Source of the DNA: Octopus sinensis
Taxonomy: Eukaryota
Length of the DNA stretch: 64,000 bases
NCBI RefSeq assembly: GCF_006345805.1
Contig: NC_042999.1
Span: 46,624,001 to 46,688,000 of the forward strand
Direction: 5' to 3'
The number at the start of each line of letters is the position of its first letter. Positions within the stretch are counted from its first letter, which is position 1. Below are positions 24,735 through 38,534 of this stretch, piece after piece. The notes beneath the pieces were generated by a model. The model did no database searches. It worked only from the letters and a program-made list of their open reading frames with translations, and had not been told where the DNA came from. The position numbers and the translations under genes were made by a program.

Positions 24735-25978
24735 CTAGATGTGTAAGGTATTTGAGGACATACCTCTTTTGGGTCATTGCTGTATTTTTGCTAACTCTAT
24801 AATCTTTGTTGCAGATAATAATAATATCAGACCCTCAGTTTACTCAAGAAATGAAGAGGAATGCTGTTATTGAGATTATAAAGGCTGAGCATAGCGGCTT
24901 AGAAATGCATCGGCTTTTAAAAGTTGTCAGATCTTTCGTCAACAAAATTTGTGGGGAGCTAGAAACAGAAAATGGAAAGGTATCACCAGTGTCAAACCAA
25001 TAAAAAGCATTCTAAACGCTCTGAAATCATTAGCACACCTTAATGCATCCACCAAGTTACAATCCTAAAATATCCATGCGGTCAGTTGCAAAAGCTCTCC
25101 ATATGTCGGAAGGAACAGTCAAAAATGTTATCCACGAACGCATCAGCTATAAGTCTTATATGATGCGGAAAGTCAATTTGTCAGAAAAGGCAAAAGAAAA
25201 TCACTACATTAGATCTAAAAGGTTCTTAAGCGAACTGAAAATCCAGCAGAATATCTGATTTGGTTTTTCTCAAACGAGAAAATCTTCGACCCAGATCAAA
25301 AAGTTAAGAGACAAAATGACAGATTATTATGTGCAGACCCTTCTGAAATTCCAAGTGTCATGCGTACAAAATTTCCTGCAACCATTATGGATTTAGGGGT
25401 TGTCAGGAATGAAGGGCATGTGATGCCTCCTTACTTTTTCCCCACAAGGCCTTAGAGTTAACTCTGCCACCTACATTGAGATCCTGGAAGTAATTGTTAA
25501 GCCCTGGACACACAGTGTATGCAATTGAATGCCATATGTGTTTCTGTAAGATTCTGCACTATCACACATGACTCTAGTAACACAGGAATGGATGATTGAA
25601 AATTTTCATGATCACATAACCCCTAACATTTGGCCTCCTAATTCCTCAGATCTCCATCCATTCGAATAGTACATGTGGAGCGTTGTTGACAGAGGGGTCA
25701 ATTAACACATCCATAACACCAAAGATTCCTTGAAAGCTGCCATAGTCAGAGTAATTTCCAAAACGAACCAGAACCACTGGATTCGTGCTTGTAGATGATT
25801 TAGATCTCATATAGAAGCAGTTGTTGAAGCTGAAGGTGGCTTTATTGAATAGCATTATACTAAAGAAGGTTTATTTTTATCCTTATAGCATTTTTTGATA
25901 AATAAAGTTATCTGTTATTATATAACTGTATTTTTTCTTATAAACATAAATCTGTCCTCAAATACCTTACGTACCCTG
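24735..25978 (+). mobile_element. Tc1/mariner superfamily, maT (DD37D)-like transposon, decayed
   Basis: TIR core gtaaggtatttgaggaca and tgtcctcaaataccttac..ccctg-TA. Motifs WFFSNEK, VFL*DSALSH and WPPNSSDLHPFE. It lies next to a (TA)n tract. Confidence 0.88.
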
Positions 25979-26479
25979 TATATGCATGTGTGTGCAGAAG
26001 TGGGTGTGTATGATTGTATTAATGTAACATATGTATATATAAATTCTTATATACACATATGTAAATCTAAGTGTACAACTCTCCAGCACCGTTTATGTGT
26101 GTGTTTATAAATATACACTAAGATACATATACGCACACATACGCAAACCTGCGAACTCACATACATACATATGTGCATATATAAATGTATATTATGCGCC
26201 CAGGGACAGAGCATCAACAACATAAATAAAGTTCGAGATACTTCAGGAAGTCTTGTTTATTCCATTAACTTGGTTATATGATTAATTTTCATTTGAAGCT
26301 AATCATTAAGAAAGCTATTGATACAGAATTCGTTATTGAAATTGGATGTCTTTAAAAAGAGCGTAATCTTCTCAAATATAGCATAGAAGAAGTCTTTGAT
26401 CTCTAAATCTACAGAGCATTGTGTGCCATTTATAAACATATTTAAGTAATACTTAATAACACTTCTGTATTTGAAGTTA

Positions 26480-26990
26480 TTTAAGCGCTTCTCATTCTTT
26501 CAAACTCATAAATATAGCTCAGTCTCAAAAGTCTGCCAATCCAAGCCGCACAGTGACACATTCCTTTTGAAATAACCCACAAATGAAATAATCAGAAGCA
26601 AAAAGGAAATATTTAGCGTAGGCCATTGTATGTCACCCCATTGGGAAATGAAATGGGTTGTAAGAATTTCTCCAACAAAGCCCCTGTAAGGGCTTCCTAT
26701 ATTTGCGGTAATTCCGATTTGTTGAAACCATACGTACAACGCATGAATGATACGTTTGTTCATTTCTTGTAAATTGAAGATATGCGATATCAGCACTTAG
26801 AAATCTGAAATTAGTGGTATAATTTGTTTTCCTGCGAAAAACAGAACGAAATAATGGGCTTATTAGAACAATCGTAGCCAATACGTCTTTACTTTTTTTA
26901 CCCTTTTTCAGTGAAAACGGCATTCATGTGATTGGGATGGAGTTCGGTCTGAACACTTGTGGTTATTTTGCTCGTTGCAACCAGACCGAT
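26480..26990 (-). mobile_element. Tc1/mariner (rosa/DD41D-like) transposase fragment
   Basis: WFQQIGITAN...ISQWGDIQWP...FVGYFK resembles WFQQDGATAH...GDI.WP..SPDL..DFFLWGYLK. Confidence 0.6.
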
Positions 26991-28044
26991 TGCAATGCCC
27001 ATAGGATCGAATCCGAAACCGTGTAGATACAAAACATACTTCTTAACGTAATCTAAGGTTTATATCTATTCAGAGGTAAATTCAATACTCACTTCATTAT
27101 GACAAATTTTCACTCGTTTCATGTTCACCAATCTGTAAGCGAACATGCTCAATCCAAGTTCAACAAATCCACTCTGTCGATGTACGATCGCGATCTCTAT
27201 CTTTACTCGAGCCTATGTCTTTCAGTTTTTTAAACTTCTGTTAATTTCTTTCAACATAGAACGTTAAAAGAAAAAAAGTGGAGAAAGATAAAAAAAAGAT
27301 AAAAAGAAAAACAGAAAAACTGGTGTATGGAGAATTAGTGTGATAATGATTATTGTTCTATAAACATAACCTAACGGATAATGATTCACAAATCTTCAGT
27401 CATATATGCACTAATAGGGTTGAACTTAAACAATCACCCACACAAATGCATCCAACTCACATATACAGGCGGATGTGTACAAATATAAATACTTATATAA
27501 GACGGTGTATGCATGTTTGTTTGTGGTTGAGCAGACACGAGCAGAAGGAATTGCGTAGAATATCGAAGGTACAATATAAATAATGATTTATCCAGAAATT
27601 TACATAGAAAATAATGGTATATATGTTAAAGATAAGAATGGCTATAATACATACAGACATATGTACACTGAACCACAAGCTTACATTCACGCACATATAT
27701 TCTACACGATATTATGCATAAAAATACCCATACTCCATCATATATGTTCACACAAATATATATGTATATATGTGTGTATACATATATAAATACGTACATA
27801 TATATAGATATGCACACAAATATAAGTATGTATGTATGTTTGTGTCTGTTTGTATATATGCATCCTCTGTTTATATGCACAAAATGTGTACGTATAGAGA
27901 CACGAGTGCAAATAAATTTTTCACTCACACACTGAAACCCAGACACGTCAAACAAAAATAATAAAAAATCGCATATATTATACACATCTAATCGCTCAAA
28001 TGCCGCGCATAAACACACACGAACAAGCACACACACACAAATAT

Positions 28045-28100
<56 letters not shown>

Positions 28101-28484
28101 TATATGCTTCTTTCGCTTTCTTTATAAATAATTTATTATTTATAGTAGAAGCTAGCAAATATGCCATCTCCAATTCATCGTGGAAATGAGTTATCTTCTA
28201 ACGTATGACTTTCAATCCCATTTTCAAGAAATCTTAAGTTCAATATGCCTATACAAATGCATACTTTCAACTTACATACAGTCAAACAGAAACAAATGAA
28301 ATACACACACACACAGACACCAACACAGACACACACACATGTGTGTGTGTGTGTAAATATATATAGAGACAAATATCTATATATCCGTGTCTCCCCACCT
28401 CTGTCTATCTCTCAGAATATACACACACATACACATATATCCATGCACATACATACACATACATACATGTACGTATGTATATAT

Positions 28485-28527
<43 letters not shown>

Positions 28528-28539
28528 TACATCCATACA

Positions 28540-28587
<48 letters not shown>

Positions 28588-28760
28588 TATGTAACCACAC
28601 ACACACACATATATACACACACACCTATGCGTATATACGTGTGTGTAGCTTGACGCTACTCATCATTTTTCTAGTCCTTTCCACCTCCCTTAGCATATTG
28701 GTCAATTACTTCACTCCTTCCATTCTAGCCTTCTTGTGCGCAGAATAATTATAATAACAC

Positions 28761-29397
28761 TTTATTTACTGGCCAGAAGGGCCTACACAAAAAAAAACAA
28801 CAACAAACAAAAGGACATTACACAAAACAAACAAGGATCAGAGGGGTTTAGACGATGCGTGTAAATAGTAAATAAACAAAACCAATTAACAATAGAATTC
28901 GAACAATAAAATTCTCCAATGGGGGAAATCCAAAAATGAGCATCCAAGGAAAGCCCACATACCATGAACACCCCGATCACACAGGACGCCTCAGGAAAGC
29001 ACATCTCTTCTCTTCACCCTCCCCAGCCTACAAGCGCGTACTTAGTGTAGGCCCATTCACACGGGCCATTGTCGCCATATTCACCCACCTTTCAACAAAC
29101 TTACCGGGGGTCAGCACCTCCCACTCCACCCGGATCTTCCTTTTCTGGTGGAACCTGAAAAAGTTAATGAGTCCTTGGCCGAAGAGCAAAGTGCCTATCT
29201 TCCATCCTTTCAGACGCGTCCTCCATACCACCCCTTTCGTCATAGGCTCCAGACAGAGAAAAACAGCGTGACCTTCCCGGAATGTGGTTGAGCTTTTCCC
29301 CTTTTACTAGGCCACTGTTTACGACGTTTAACATTTCGATAGAAGATCCATAGAAGGAATGTGGAGGAGCGATCTTTGCGATGGACTCGGACGAGAG
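28761..29397 (-). mobile_element. L1/Tx1-clade LINE 3' end
   Basis: ORF2 C-terminus ..SIAKIAPPHSF/REGHAVFLCL..KGVVWRTRLK..FFRFHQKRKIRVE..FVERW, then a T-rich 3' UTR ending gtaaataaa. Confidence 0.75.
29283..29350 (-). repeat. 68-bp mariner transposase fragment inserted inside the L1/Tx1 ORF
   Basis: 66/68 identical by eye to 32618-32685, in inverted orientation. Confidence 0.9.
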
Positions 29398-29634
29398 GGA
29401 TGGCTACTCGACATGAAGAAAATTCTAACTGGGTCCAACTGCAAGGTGACATGCTGTTTATCTTGATATGAGATCACTATGTCGTGCACATATGGGTGTG
29501 ATACATGTGCCTGATGTACCCTTATCAGATGGGTAGTTATGACGGGTATACTGGGCTTCGTATATTATACCCATGGCATGCACTGCTTTCTCACCCAATA
29601 ACAACAACAACAACAACAACAAAAACAACAACAA

Positions 29635-29692
<58 letters not shown>

Positions 29693-29701
29693 AACAACAG
29701 T

Positions 29702-29740
<39 letters not shown>

Positions 29741-29760
29741 AATAATAATAATAATAATAA
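29398..29760 (+). mobile_element. 5'-truncated copy of the 15833 element with an (AAC)n(AAT)n tail
   Basis: Matches about 16170-16378. Confidence 0.8.
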
Positions 29761-30432
29761 TGAGCCCATATATTTTGCGTCACGTTTTAAGTGAGGACAC
29801 AGAATCAGGACAAAACAATCCGTTACCCAGGGTTGTAACTTTGAATTACATGTAAAATGTAACCGGCAAGCTTCGCTGCAGTTTGCATTTATCGAATTTT
29901 ATTAATGATATAAGAGTGTAACTGAGGCTTTTGTAAATAACAATTGCCGAACACACCAGTCATATATCGAAGGCAAAATTTTCTTCAGTCACACGTGAGA
30001 AATATAGCGCCTATATATACATATATACATAATATGCTAAAATGATCCGTTGGAGCAGCATATATTTAGAATTCTAAATGAAAAAGCTTTCAGTGATTGT
30101 TCATGATTTCATTATCTACAACTGCTATTTACCATAATTACACAGTTAAGATACATAATTAATTAATATAAATTGATTTAAATTAAATAAATTTTAAGTA
30201 ATATTTATACGAAACTATCAGGAATATTACGGGTTATGGTAATCAGAGATCTAAATATTCCTAAAAACTTCGAATAAACGTAGCTTTAAATTCATTTAAT
30301 TTAAAGTATAATATATTAATTATTTATTTATCTTAATTACGTAATTACGAGATTAATGATGTTTTTTCCCAATGAAATAGCTGTGAAATGAAATTAAATT
30401 ATGAGCTAGTTGTGAAATATATGCTTTTTGCT

Positions 30433-30482
<50 letters not shown>

Positions 30483-30792
30483 TGAGAGAGAGAGAGAGAG
30501 ATATGTATAAATGCGCATTTATATATATATATATATATAGTCATGTATATAGTCATGTATATAATAATATAGTATATATATTTGTATAGATTAACTTAGT
30601 TGTAATGTATATACATACATGTATTTTGGATAGCCTAAACATTTTCTGATCTCAAAATCAGTTTAACAGCATCGTTTGAATAGAACGTATTCCATTCAAT
30701 ATTGACAGTCTTCTCTGAGTTTCGTCCATGGATGTTCAAGTTTTTGAAGAAGATCCAATATTTGATAAAACTGCAAAACTGCAAAACTGCAA

Positions 30793-31210
30793 GCTAGCAG
30801 AATCCTTCACGCCGGACAAAATGCTTAGCGGCTTTCCGTCCGTCTTTACACGTTTAGGGCTCAAATTCCGGTAGAGTCGAGTTTATTTTTATCCTTTCGG
30901 GGTCGATAAAAATAAGCACCAGCTGAGCACTGGGGTCGCTGTAATCGATTTACTCCCTCCCTTCCTCAAAATCTCTGGTTTTGTGCAAAATATGAAACCA
31001 GGATTTAATTAGTTTAAAGGCAGCAATCTGGCAGAATAGTTAGTATGATGGGCAAAATGCTAACCGTCATTCCGTCCGTCTTTACATTCTTGGTTTGAAT
31101 TCCTTCAGGGTCGACTTTATCTTCATCCTTTCAGTTTCTATAAAATAAGTACCCGCTGAGAACTGGTTCGTTTAAATAAACTTACTCCCCACCCCGAAAT
31201 TGTTGGCTTT
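30793..31210 (+). mobile_element. Two adjacent SINE family B copies
   Basis: Each has ggcagaat..aaatgct..ccgtccgtctttac..catcctttc..taaaa.taagtacc. Confidence 0.8.
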
Positions 31211-31968
31211 ATGGGTTGTTAAATGCAGCAGCGAATACTTTAGATTAAGTTAACTGATCCATGGTGCTGGAACGAGAGTAGGTGTTTATGCAACATGGTT
31301 GGAGCAACCAGACGCGGGTATCTGATATTAGATAACCTGAAATATCCGATAACTTCAGTTCTTACCGATAATGATGCACTGTATCACTTTTAGGAACATA
31401 TCTTACTCACACGAGTACACGTTCACACACACATACACACGCAAATGCACACTCACACGCAAACCTTCTCATCACCTCGCTCTTTCTACATATATGCATG
31501 CATACATACTTCCAAGCCACCTGTAATCGTCCGGGCTGTATATTAAGGGTTGGTGTCAACTAACACCCTCACAGGAAAAGCAGTAAAATGTGACAACCGA
31601 TGCAGACTTTGTGAAGCTAACTCTAAAGATACCACCCACATTATAAGCAGTTGTGCTTATGTCATCATGGGATTATCTATGGCATGTAGCTAGAACAATA
31701 TGTACTGAAATCCGACGGAAGAATAAACCCACGGACATAGAAATAAGAAACCACAATACTGGTAGAAGCCATAACCACTCTTAATAAAAAGGGAATATGT
31801 ATGTATATAACCATATGCACGGAACACGAACCCACATGTCTTTGTTTTTGCGACAAGTGTGCTAACTATTTACACCAACGTACAAACTCGATTCTTATCG
31901 TCAAATTCAAGAACTATAATTCATGTTTTTTTTTTGCAATGGTTTTGACAATTCTGTAAATAATAATA

Positions 31969-33252
31969 TAAGGTCATCCCATAAGTTCTGTCAGATTTTA
32001 TCTTTTTTTAAAATTGAATGAAAGTTAATAGTATTTTCGAATATCTAATGGAATTTAAAATCATTTTTATGTATTTGTGCACTTTTAAACTAATTAAATA
32101 TTATTTTACAGAATAATAGAATTAAAATTTCTTTGATTAAACCCTTTCTAATATGGAAGTATCCAAAGAGCATTTGAGGCACATAATGCTTTATGTGTAC
32201 AAAAAAGGAAACTCTGCTGCAGAAGCGACTCGAAACATACACTCAGTTTATGGGAAAGAATGCTTGAATGAAAGAACTTGCAGACGATGGTTTGCAAAAT
32301 TCAGAAGTGGAGATTTCAGCCTTGAAGTTGAAGATCGAACAGGACGTCCAGTTGAGTTTGATGATAAGCTCCTTGAGGCATTACTTGTAGAAAATCCTGC
32401 ATTATCAGTTAAAGAATTGGCAATAAAGCTTAGTTCAAACCATGCAACTGTTCATCGTCATCTTCAACAACTTGGAAAGGTTCCTAAACTTGGAAAATAG
32501 GTGTCTTATGAATTGTCCGAAAGCAACCGCAAATCCCGAGTTGACATCTGCTCTTCTCTCCATTCTAGTGAACTCATTTCATCCTTATTGGATAGACTTG
32601 TGACTGGTGACGATAAATGGATCTTCTATCGAAATGTTAAACGTCGTAAACAGTGGCCTGGTAAAAAGGGAAAAGCTCAACCACAACCGAGAAGGGAACT
32701 TCATAGGAAAAAGATTCTTCTCTTAATTTGGTGGGATTGCAAAGGAGTAATTCACTTTGAGTTGTTACCACCTAATGCAACAATCAATGCTCAAGTCCAC
32801 TGTCAGCAATTAGAGTGTTTGAACCAAGATTGGAAGAAAAAAAACCCGCTTTACACACACGAAAAGGAGTGATGTTTCATCAGGACAGTTCGCGACCACA
32901 CACTGCAAAGATCACATCACAGAGGATCGAAGAAGGTTGGGAAAAATCCTCATCCAACTTATTCTACCAACGTTGCTCCTTCAGACTACCATTTGTTCCT
33001 AAGTTTACAGAATCATTTGGGGGATATAACATTCGCAAGCCAGGAGCAGGTTGAAACTGAGATTTGAGAGTTCTTCGCTTTGAAACCAAGAGAGTTTTAC
33101 ACTGATGGGATTAAAAAGCTTGAAAATAGATGAAAGGAAGTCGTAGCTAATCAAAGAAAGTACATTGATGATTAAATTTCAGTTAAATATAACACTTGAT
33201 CACTTGTTTTTTGAAGATGCAAAATTCGGATAGAAGTTGTGTGATGAACTGA
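31969..33252 (+). mobile_element. Full-length mariner (DD34D), inactive
   Basis: Imperfect TIRs taaggtcatcccataagttctgtc and gatagaagttgtgtgatgaactga, with TA flanks. The transposase at 32153-33175 has RTCRRWF, VTGDDKW, FHQDSSRPH and PSDYHLF, but also a stop at 32500 and frameshifts. Confidence 0.95.
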
Positions 33253-34312
33253 TACTATTTTATAAGCTTAAAGCTTATAAGCGATGACTGTGCAATGACT
33301 AAAGAACATAATCTAATAATGGTCATATAAGCCCCGAAAAACCTACTTTTTTCCGTCGAGAGCATATTTCCTTCAAATGTAAGCTCACAATGACATAGTA
33401 ACTTATTCTCCCTATTCATTATTTTTAGGCATTAGTTTGAAATTGCATATTCTAACTCTTTTTCAAGTACATTATCCAAACTTGTATGTTGCCGCGAAAT
33501 ACATTCCGCTATTCACTTGTTTTAAATTGTAGGACCTGGTGTATTATCAAAGGAGAGCGGTATATCTATATACCAAATGAAAGGATTCATAAAGCATGCA
33601 CTTAGAATTGCGTGTTAAAATAAGGTGTTCTTTCAAAATGAACTGTATTTTTTGAGTCTAAATCCATCTCGAAGTGTTTGTGGATTAACGGTTTGTTTTA
33701 GAGGAAAGGTTTTATGAAACTTAGTACTGGATTCTACAACTCCAATGACAGCTGTATGCAATGCTATTATCTAATATATTTAAAAATATCTTCATTATGC
33801 ATATTGCAGATAACTGAAGAAATAGTATAGAGTCAATCGAATCTATTTCCGTCAACGAGTTACTTAATTCTCAACGCCCCACTGCGGTTCTTTATGAAGA
33901 ATTATTATAGCTACAGATTTGGAGCAAGTCACTATATGATGCAGAGGCTTAACTGCTCAAATGTTATTTCTATAGGGTCGATGAATATCAATGTAATACC
34001 GAGACGATGTAATCGACTATTTTTTTTTTATTTAACTGTAAAGTCATTTATGGTTAGAAATAGACACGTCTATTGACTTTGTTTAAGCTCAAAGTAAATT
34101 TTGGAAAGTAATTGAATGTAGCTAACTTGTTATTCTTCTTTAGTCCCACAAAAGCTGTTATCGAGCTGACATATGATCGAAGACTTTCCAAAAATCAACA
34201 ATCCTGTAATTTTAGATGCACATCTATGCACACACGTATATATATATATATATATATGTGTGTGAGTGTGTGTATATATATATATATACAAACATATACA
34301 TGTATATCTATG

Positions 34313-34389
<77 letters not shown>

Positions 34390-34756
34390 TATATATATTA
34401 TATATATATATATATATAGCTTTCACCACTTCATATCATCTTGGCATAACAGCCCTCACCGTTTGTTTTACTGTTTTGGTCTCACTGCCCTGTTTTTGTT
34501 ACCACTTTCACCCTCCGCAAAACATCCCAAATTTTATTTAATTTGCTTTACTGAACTGCTTTAACGAAGTCGCATGTTGTCCTTACCTTCGAAACACAGA
34601 CCAGATGAAACAAGGGACAACTGATGAAGGGAATGTTCTTTATGTTGCATGTCTCGTTTCTTTGTGTTTCTCGTTGTTCGAAAATAGTTCGTTTTCTATA
34701 GTCTTGTTTTTTCTTCTCATTCTACGTTTTTTTTTATGCCCTATACACTTATATGC

Positions 34757-34847
<91 letters not shown>

Positions 34848-35154
34848 GGTATGTACGTAAATGTAAGTATATATGCATATATTTATAAATCATTTATATT
34901 ATTATATGATCGAACGCCACGCATCCTTTTCCATGTAAGTGTTATCTTAAAAATTACGATGCGCACTCTTATTCTATCTCTTTTCTGTCTATCTATCTCC
35001 CTCTCTTTTTCTTCTTCCTTTCTGTTTTTCTCTCCCATCCTTTCCCTATTCTTCTCCTCTCCCCTTCACTCTTCCCTCTCTCTTTCTCTCACTCTTCCTT
35101 CTTGACTCTCTCGTTATCATTATTAATTTTATTATATATATATATATATTTATT

Positions 35155-35415
35155 TATTGTTGTGTCTGGGTCTGGGGTGAGTCATTCTCTTTCAGTGTCT
35201 CTTATAATTTAATACACCGGTAAAATTGCCACTCATTTTCTTCTTTAGTTTTCTAAACTTTTCCCTGTGTCTTGCAACCTTTTCAACAACTATCGAAAAT
35301 GTTTCAACGCAACGAAAATTTTAGAAAAATGAAGGAAACGAGTGGAAATTTTACGGGTGAGTACGTTAAATTATGAAGCACTAAAACAGAATGACTCTCC
35401 CCAGACACAACAGAA
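35155..35415. repeat. Imperfect inverted repeat (about 100-bp arms) between (TA)n tracts
   Basis: tgtgtctggg..gagtcattct..ggtaaaattgccactc versus gagtggaaattttacggg..agaatgactctccccagacaca. Confidence 0.75.
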
Positions 35416-35460
35416 TATGCTTCACCACACCAACCCACAAAGAATCTTGCAAAGGAAACG

Positions 35461-35541
<81 letters not shown>

Positions 35542-35571
35542 CATATATATATATATTTACATATATATATA

Positions 35572-35674
35572 TTTTTACACTGGAACATTTGTACGATTAT
35601 ATGTATTTTCCTACCCACACTATCACAGAATAATCGTACTCTTTTTCATCCGTAAGTACTAATTTCTATATATC
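35572..35674 (+). repeat. Direct duplicate of 36627-36729 embedded in (TA)n
   Basis: About 100 bp with a few substitutions. Confidence 0.9.
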
Positions 35675-38009
35675 AAATATATATATATATATATATATAC
35701 ATCAGCTTTTCATTGTCCAATGTATCGTCCTGTACATAGAACGCAAATGATTCCAGGGATTTGGCTGCTAGTTTTCGCAGACTGAGAAACCACATAAAGG
35801 TTATATCTTTCGCCCGAATAAAATCATATACATATTACTAGTATATATGAAGATAATTCCTTGGAAATGAGAATGCCGAACCAATATACCAATATTCGTC
35901 TTTTTATTTATTCTAAGACACTAACAAGTTTAATGTATTTCTGTCTGATATATTTAAAAAATATTTCTTCAGTCTAAATTACCACAAAGTAACTATCTTT
36001 TAATAAGCTAATAATATTCAGTTCAATCAAAATTGTGTAACTATATATTCACTCAAGAATATCATTTGCGTATCTTTATGTATGCGTAAATATGTAAATT
36101 TTGTACGTCTGTGGAAACAAACGTGTATTTCAATACATCTGTCAACTTTCTGAATATAACACATGTTTATATCCTCCTTTCCTTATGAGATACTCTGAAT
36201 ATATTTGATAAATATAACATCGACAATCTATACAGACAACTATTTATATCTCATATTTTTATTTATATTCTGGTAAATAAAATAACGAAAATAGAAAATA
36301 CAAAAAAAGAACTGTTAATGAACCTAAACCATATATAATTCATATCTATCTCGACAAAAAGTGATATCAATCTCTAGTTTTCGATCTTTATTTCTTCATT
36401 GAAGACAGTGAACTATTCTTGTTAGTCAGTCTTCATAAAGTGAAATCGCAAAGAGCAGGTACCTATTATCGTTGCCTATTAACATTGACAGTTCACATTA
36501 GTGGTTAGGTTATTTCTGAACTAGTCTGTGACAAGAGGTCAGCCCATGTCATAAGATCACTGAAGAAAAATCAAAGACCAATTCTTTTTTTTCCGATAGC
36601 ATCATTCAAACTGATGTCCGAAACCATTTTTACACTGGAACATTTGTACGATTATATGTATTTTCCTACCTACACTATCAGAGAATCATTGTACTCTTTC
36701 TCATCCGTAAGTACTAATTTCTATATATCGAATTTCTACAGTAACACATATATAAGTATGTATTCTAATGCTAGAAATGGGATTATTATATAATACTAAA
36801 GCAGTTATTTGGTGACTTTCTCGTACTACTATAACACTGAGATTTTATAAAAAAAGACAAACTTCCGAGAGCGAAGAAAAAGCAAAATGCTTGAATGCCT
36901 CTATAACTGCCTTGCACTAATAGTTCAAATCATACCTTTCCCATAAAGACCAATATTGTATGTTTTGAACCAGATCAATTAACTCAACAGTAATTTTGTT
37001 TTTCTGACCCTAATTCAATGTAACAACTGTCTTTTACTTCTATCATGTTATGTAACCCGCGATATTACTACAAGTGGAATTCTACAGATAAACAGAATCT
37101 GTAGAGCGAGGGGCAAATTATCTTGAGATATGTAGTTGCATCCATTTATTTTTTTATAGTTCAAAATACATCAAGACCAAAAGAGCCTCACTGAGTAACG
37201 TACACGTGGCATTGCGTTTATATAAATGCGTGATATTAGTAGTACCCTTCCAGTAAAAGGATATTCGTCGGTTTCACTGAAGGAGATTACCTGATCATTG
37301 AATTAGCGAGCTGAGTATTCGACAGCCACGTGCGCGATTAAATGTAAATTTTAGGAGGAATCAGTGAGACACAGTTTGTGACAAGGTTGTATTTTAAAGT
37401 ATGGACATAATTCATCGAACATGCTCCTGCACACTTTCCATCATCCACATTTCACTCATAGGCTTAAATTCACCAAATACATAAGTAAAGGATTCTTACC
37501 ATAGATGTGCTGTGGGATGGAACTAGAAATCAAATGATTATGAAGAAATCTCTCATTCGACGCTGCTGCATCGAATTGCTCATTTAAACTCTTGATTTAT
37601 TAGTATTATTACTAAACAGAACAATCTTCTCCTCCAATTTCATTCTGGCAGTGATTAGTTGTGAATGCATCGGCTAGTTTGCATCCGTTGATATTTCTAA
37701 ATTTAGTAATACGGCTTTTATACTTACCGACTTAGTATATAACTCCATTACATTTAGAACACAGGCGCCGTAAAGGAGATATATTTGAAGCAGCTGTAAT
37801 TGTCTATCTACAATGTAGGAAATTTCTGCTTAACCAGGTGGAATGATCCCAAACCAATGTAATCACATAGTCATCGTCTGTATTCTTAAAATGTAACCAT
37901 AATCTAACAAAAAGTTTGTTTATTTATTTAGTTTACAACCAACAGTGAGTTACCACATGCTCGTGTTATACAGGAGTTCGTTCTTAATCACGTGCTTTCA
38001 CTTTCGATA

Positions 38010-38238
38010 GGCGAGCTGGCAGAAACGTTAGCACGCCGGGCGAAATTCCTAGCGGTATTTCGTCTGCCGCTACGTTTTGAGTTCAAATTCCGCCGAGGTC
38101 GACTTTGCCTTTCATCCTTTCGGGGTCGATAAATTAAGTACCAGTTACGCACTGGGCTCGATATAATCGACTTAATCCGTTTGTCTGTCCTTGTTTGTCC
38201 TCTCTGTGCTTAGCTCCTTGTGGGTAGTAAAGAAATAG
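38010..38238 (+). mobile_element. SINE family B, well preserved
   Basis: ggcgagctggcagaaacgttagc..gagttcaaattccgccgaggtcgactttgcctttcatcctttcggggtcgataaattaagtacc..gtagtaaagaaatag. Confidence 0.92.
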
Positions 38239-38534
38239 ATATCACTGCATAGCATTTGGGTACAGTGTTCGTTACCGTTATATTCTGTCAACTCAAGCTT
38301 TGTGAAAGAAAGTAGGTAGACATTAATTGCACACAATATCGTTACGATGGACTGTTGCCGGTAATCGTTGCTATTTTCTCCATTTCACCTATTGTCATTG
38401 ATTCCTTGCAGAGTTCAAGGGCGCCGCCCTACATCATTAAATGCGGAAAACATTTGCTCCTAGCATATCTTATCCGAAGTTTCCCATTTACATTTCCTCT
38501 TCAAAATACAGTTTCGATATATTGTCAGCTTTAC

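Noticed and set aside
31815-31880. Minus-strand tRNA-like segment
   Set aside because: The A/B boxes are degenerate and there is no cloverleaf. It is probably an old SINE head, too weak to call.
34570-34660. gttgtcc..ggacaaCTGATGAaggg, hammerhead-like
   Set aside because: There is no GAAA after a closable stem II and no valid NUH site in any topology I could build.
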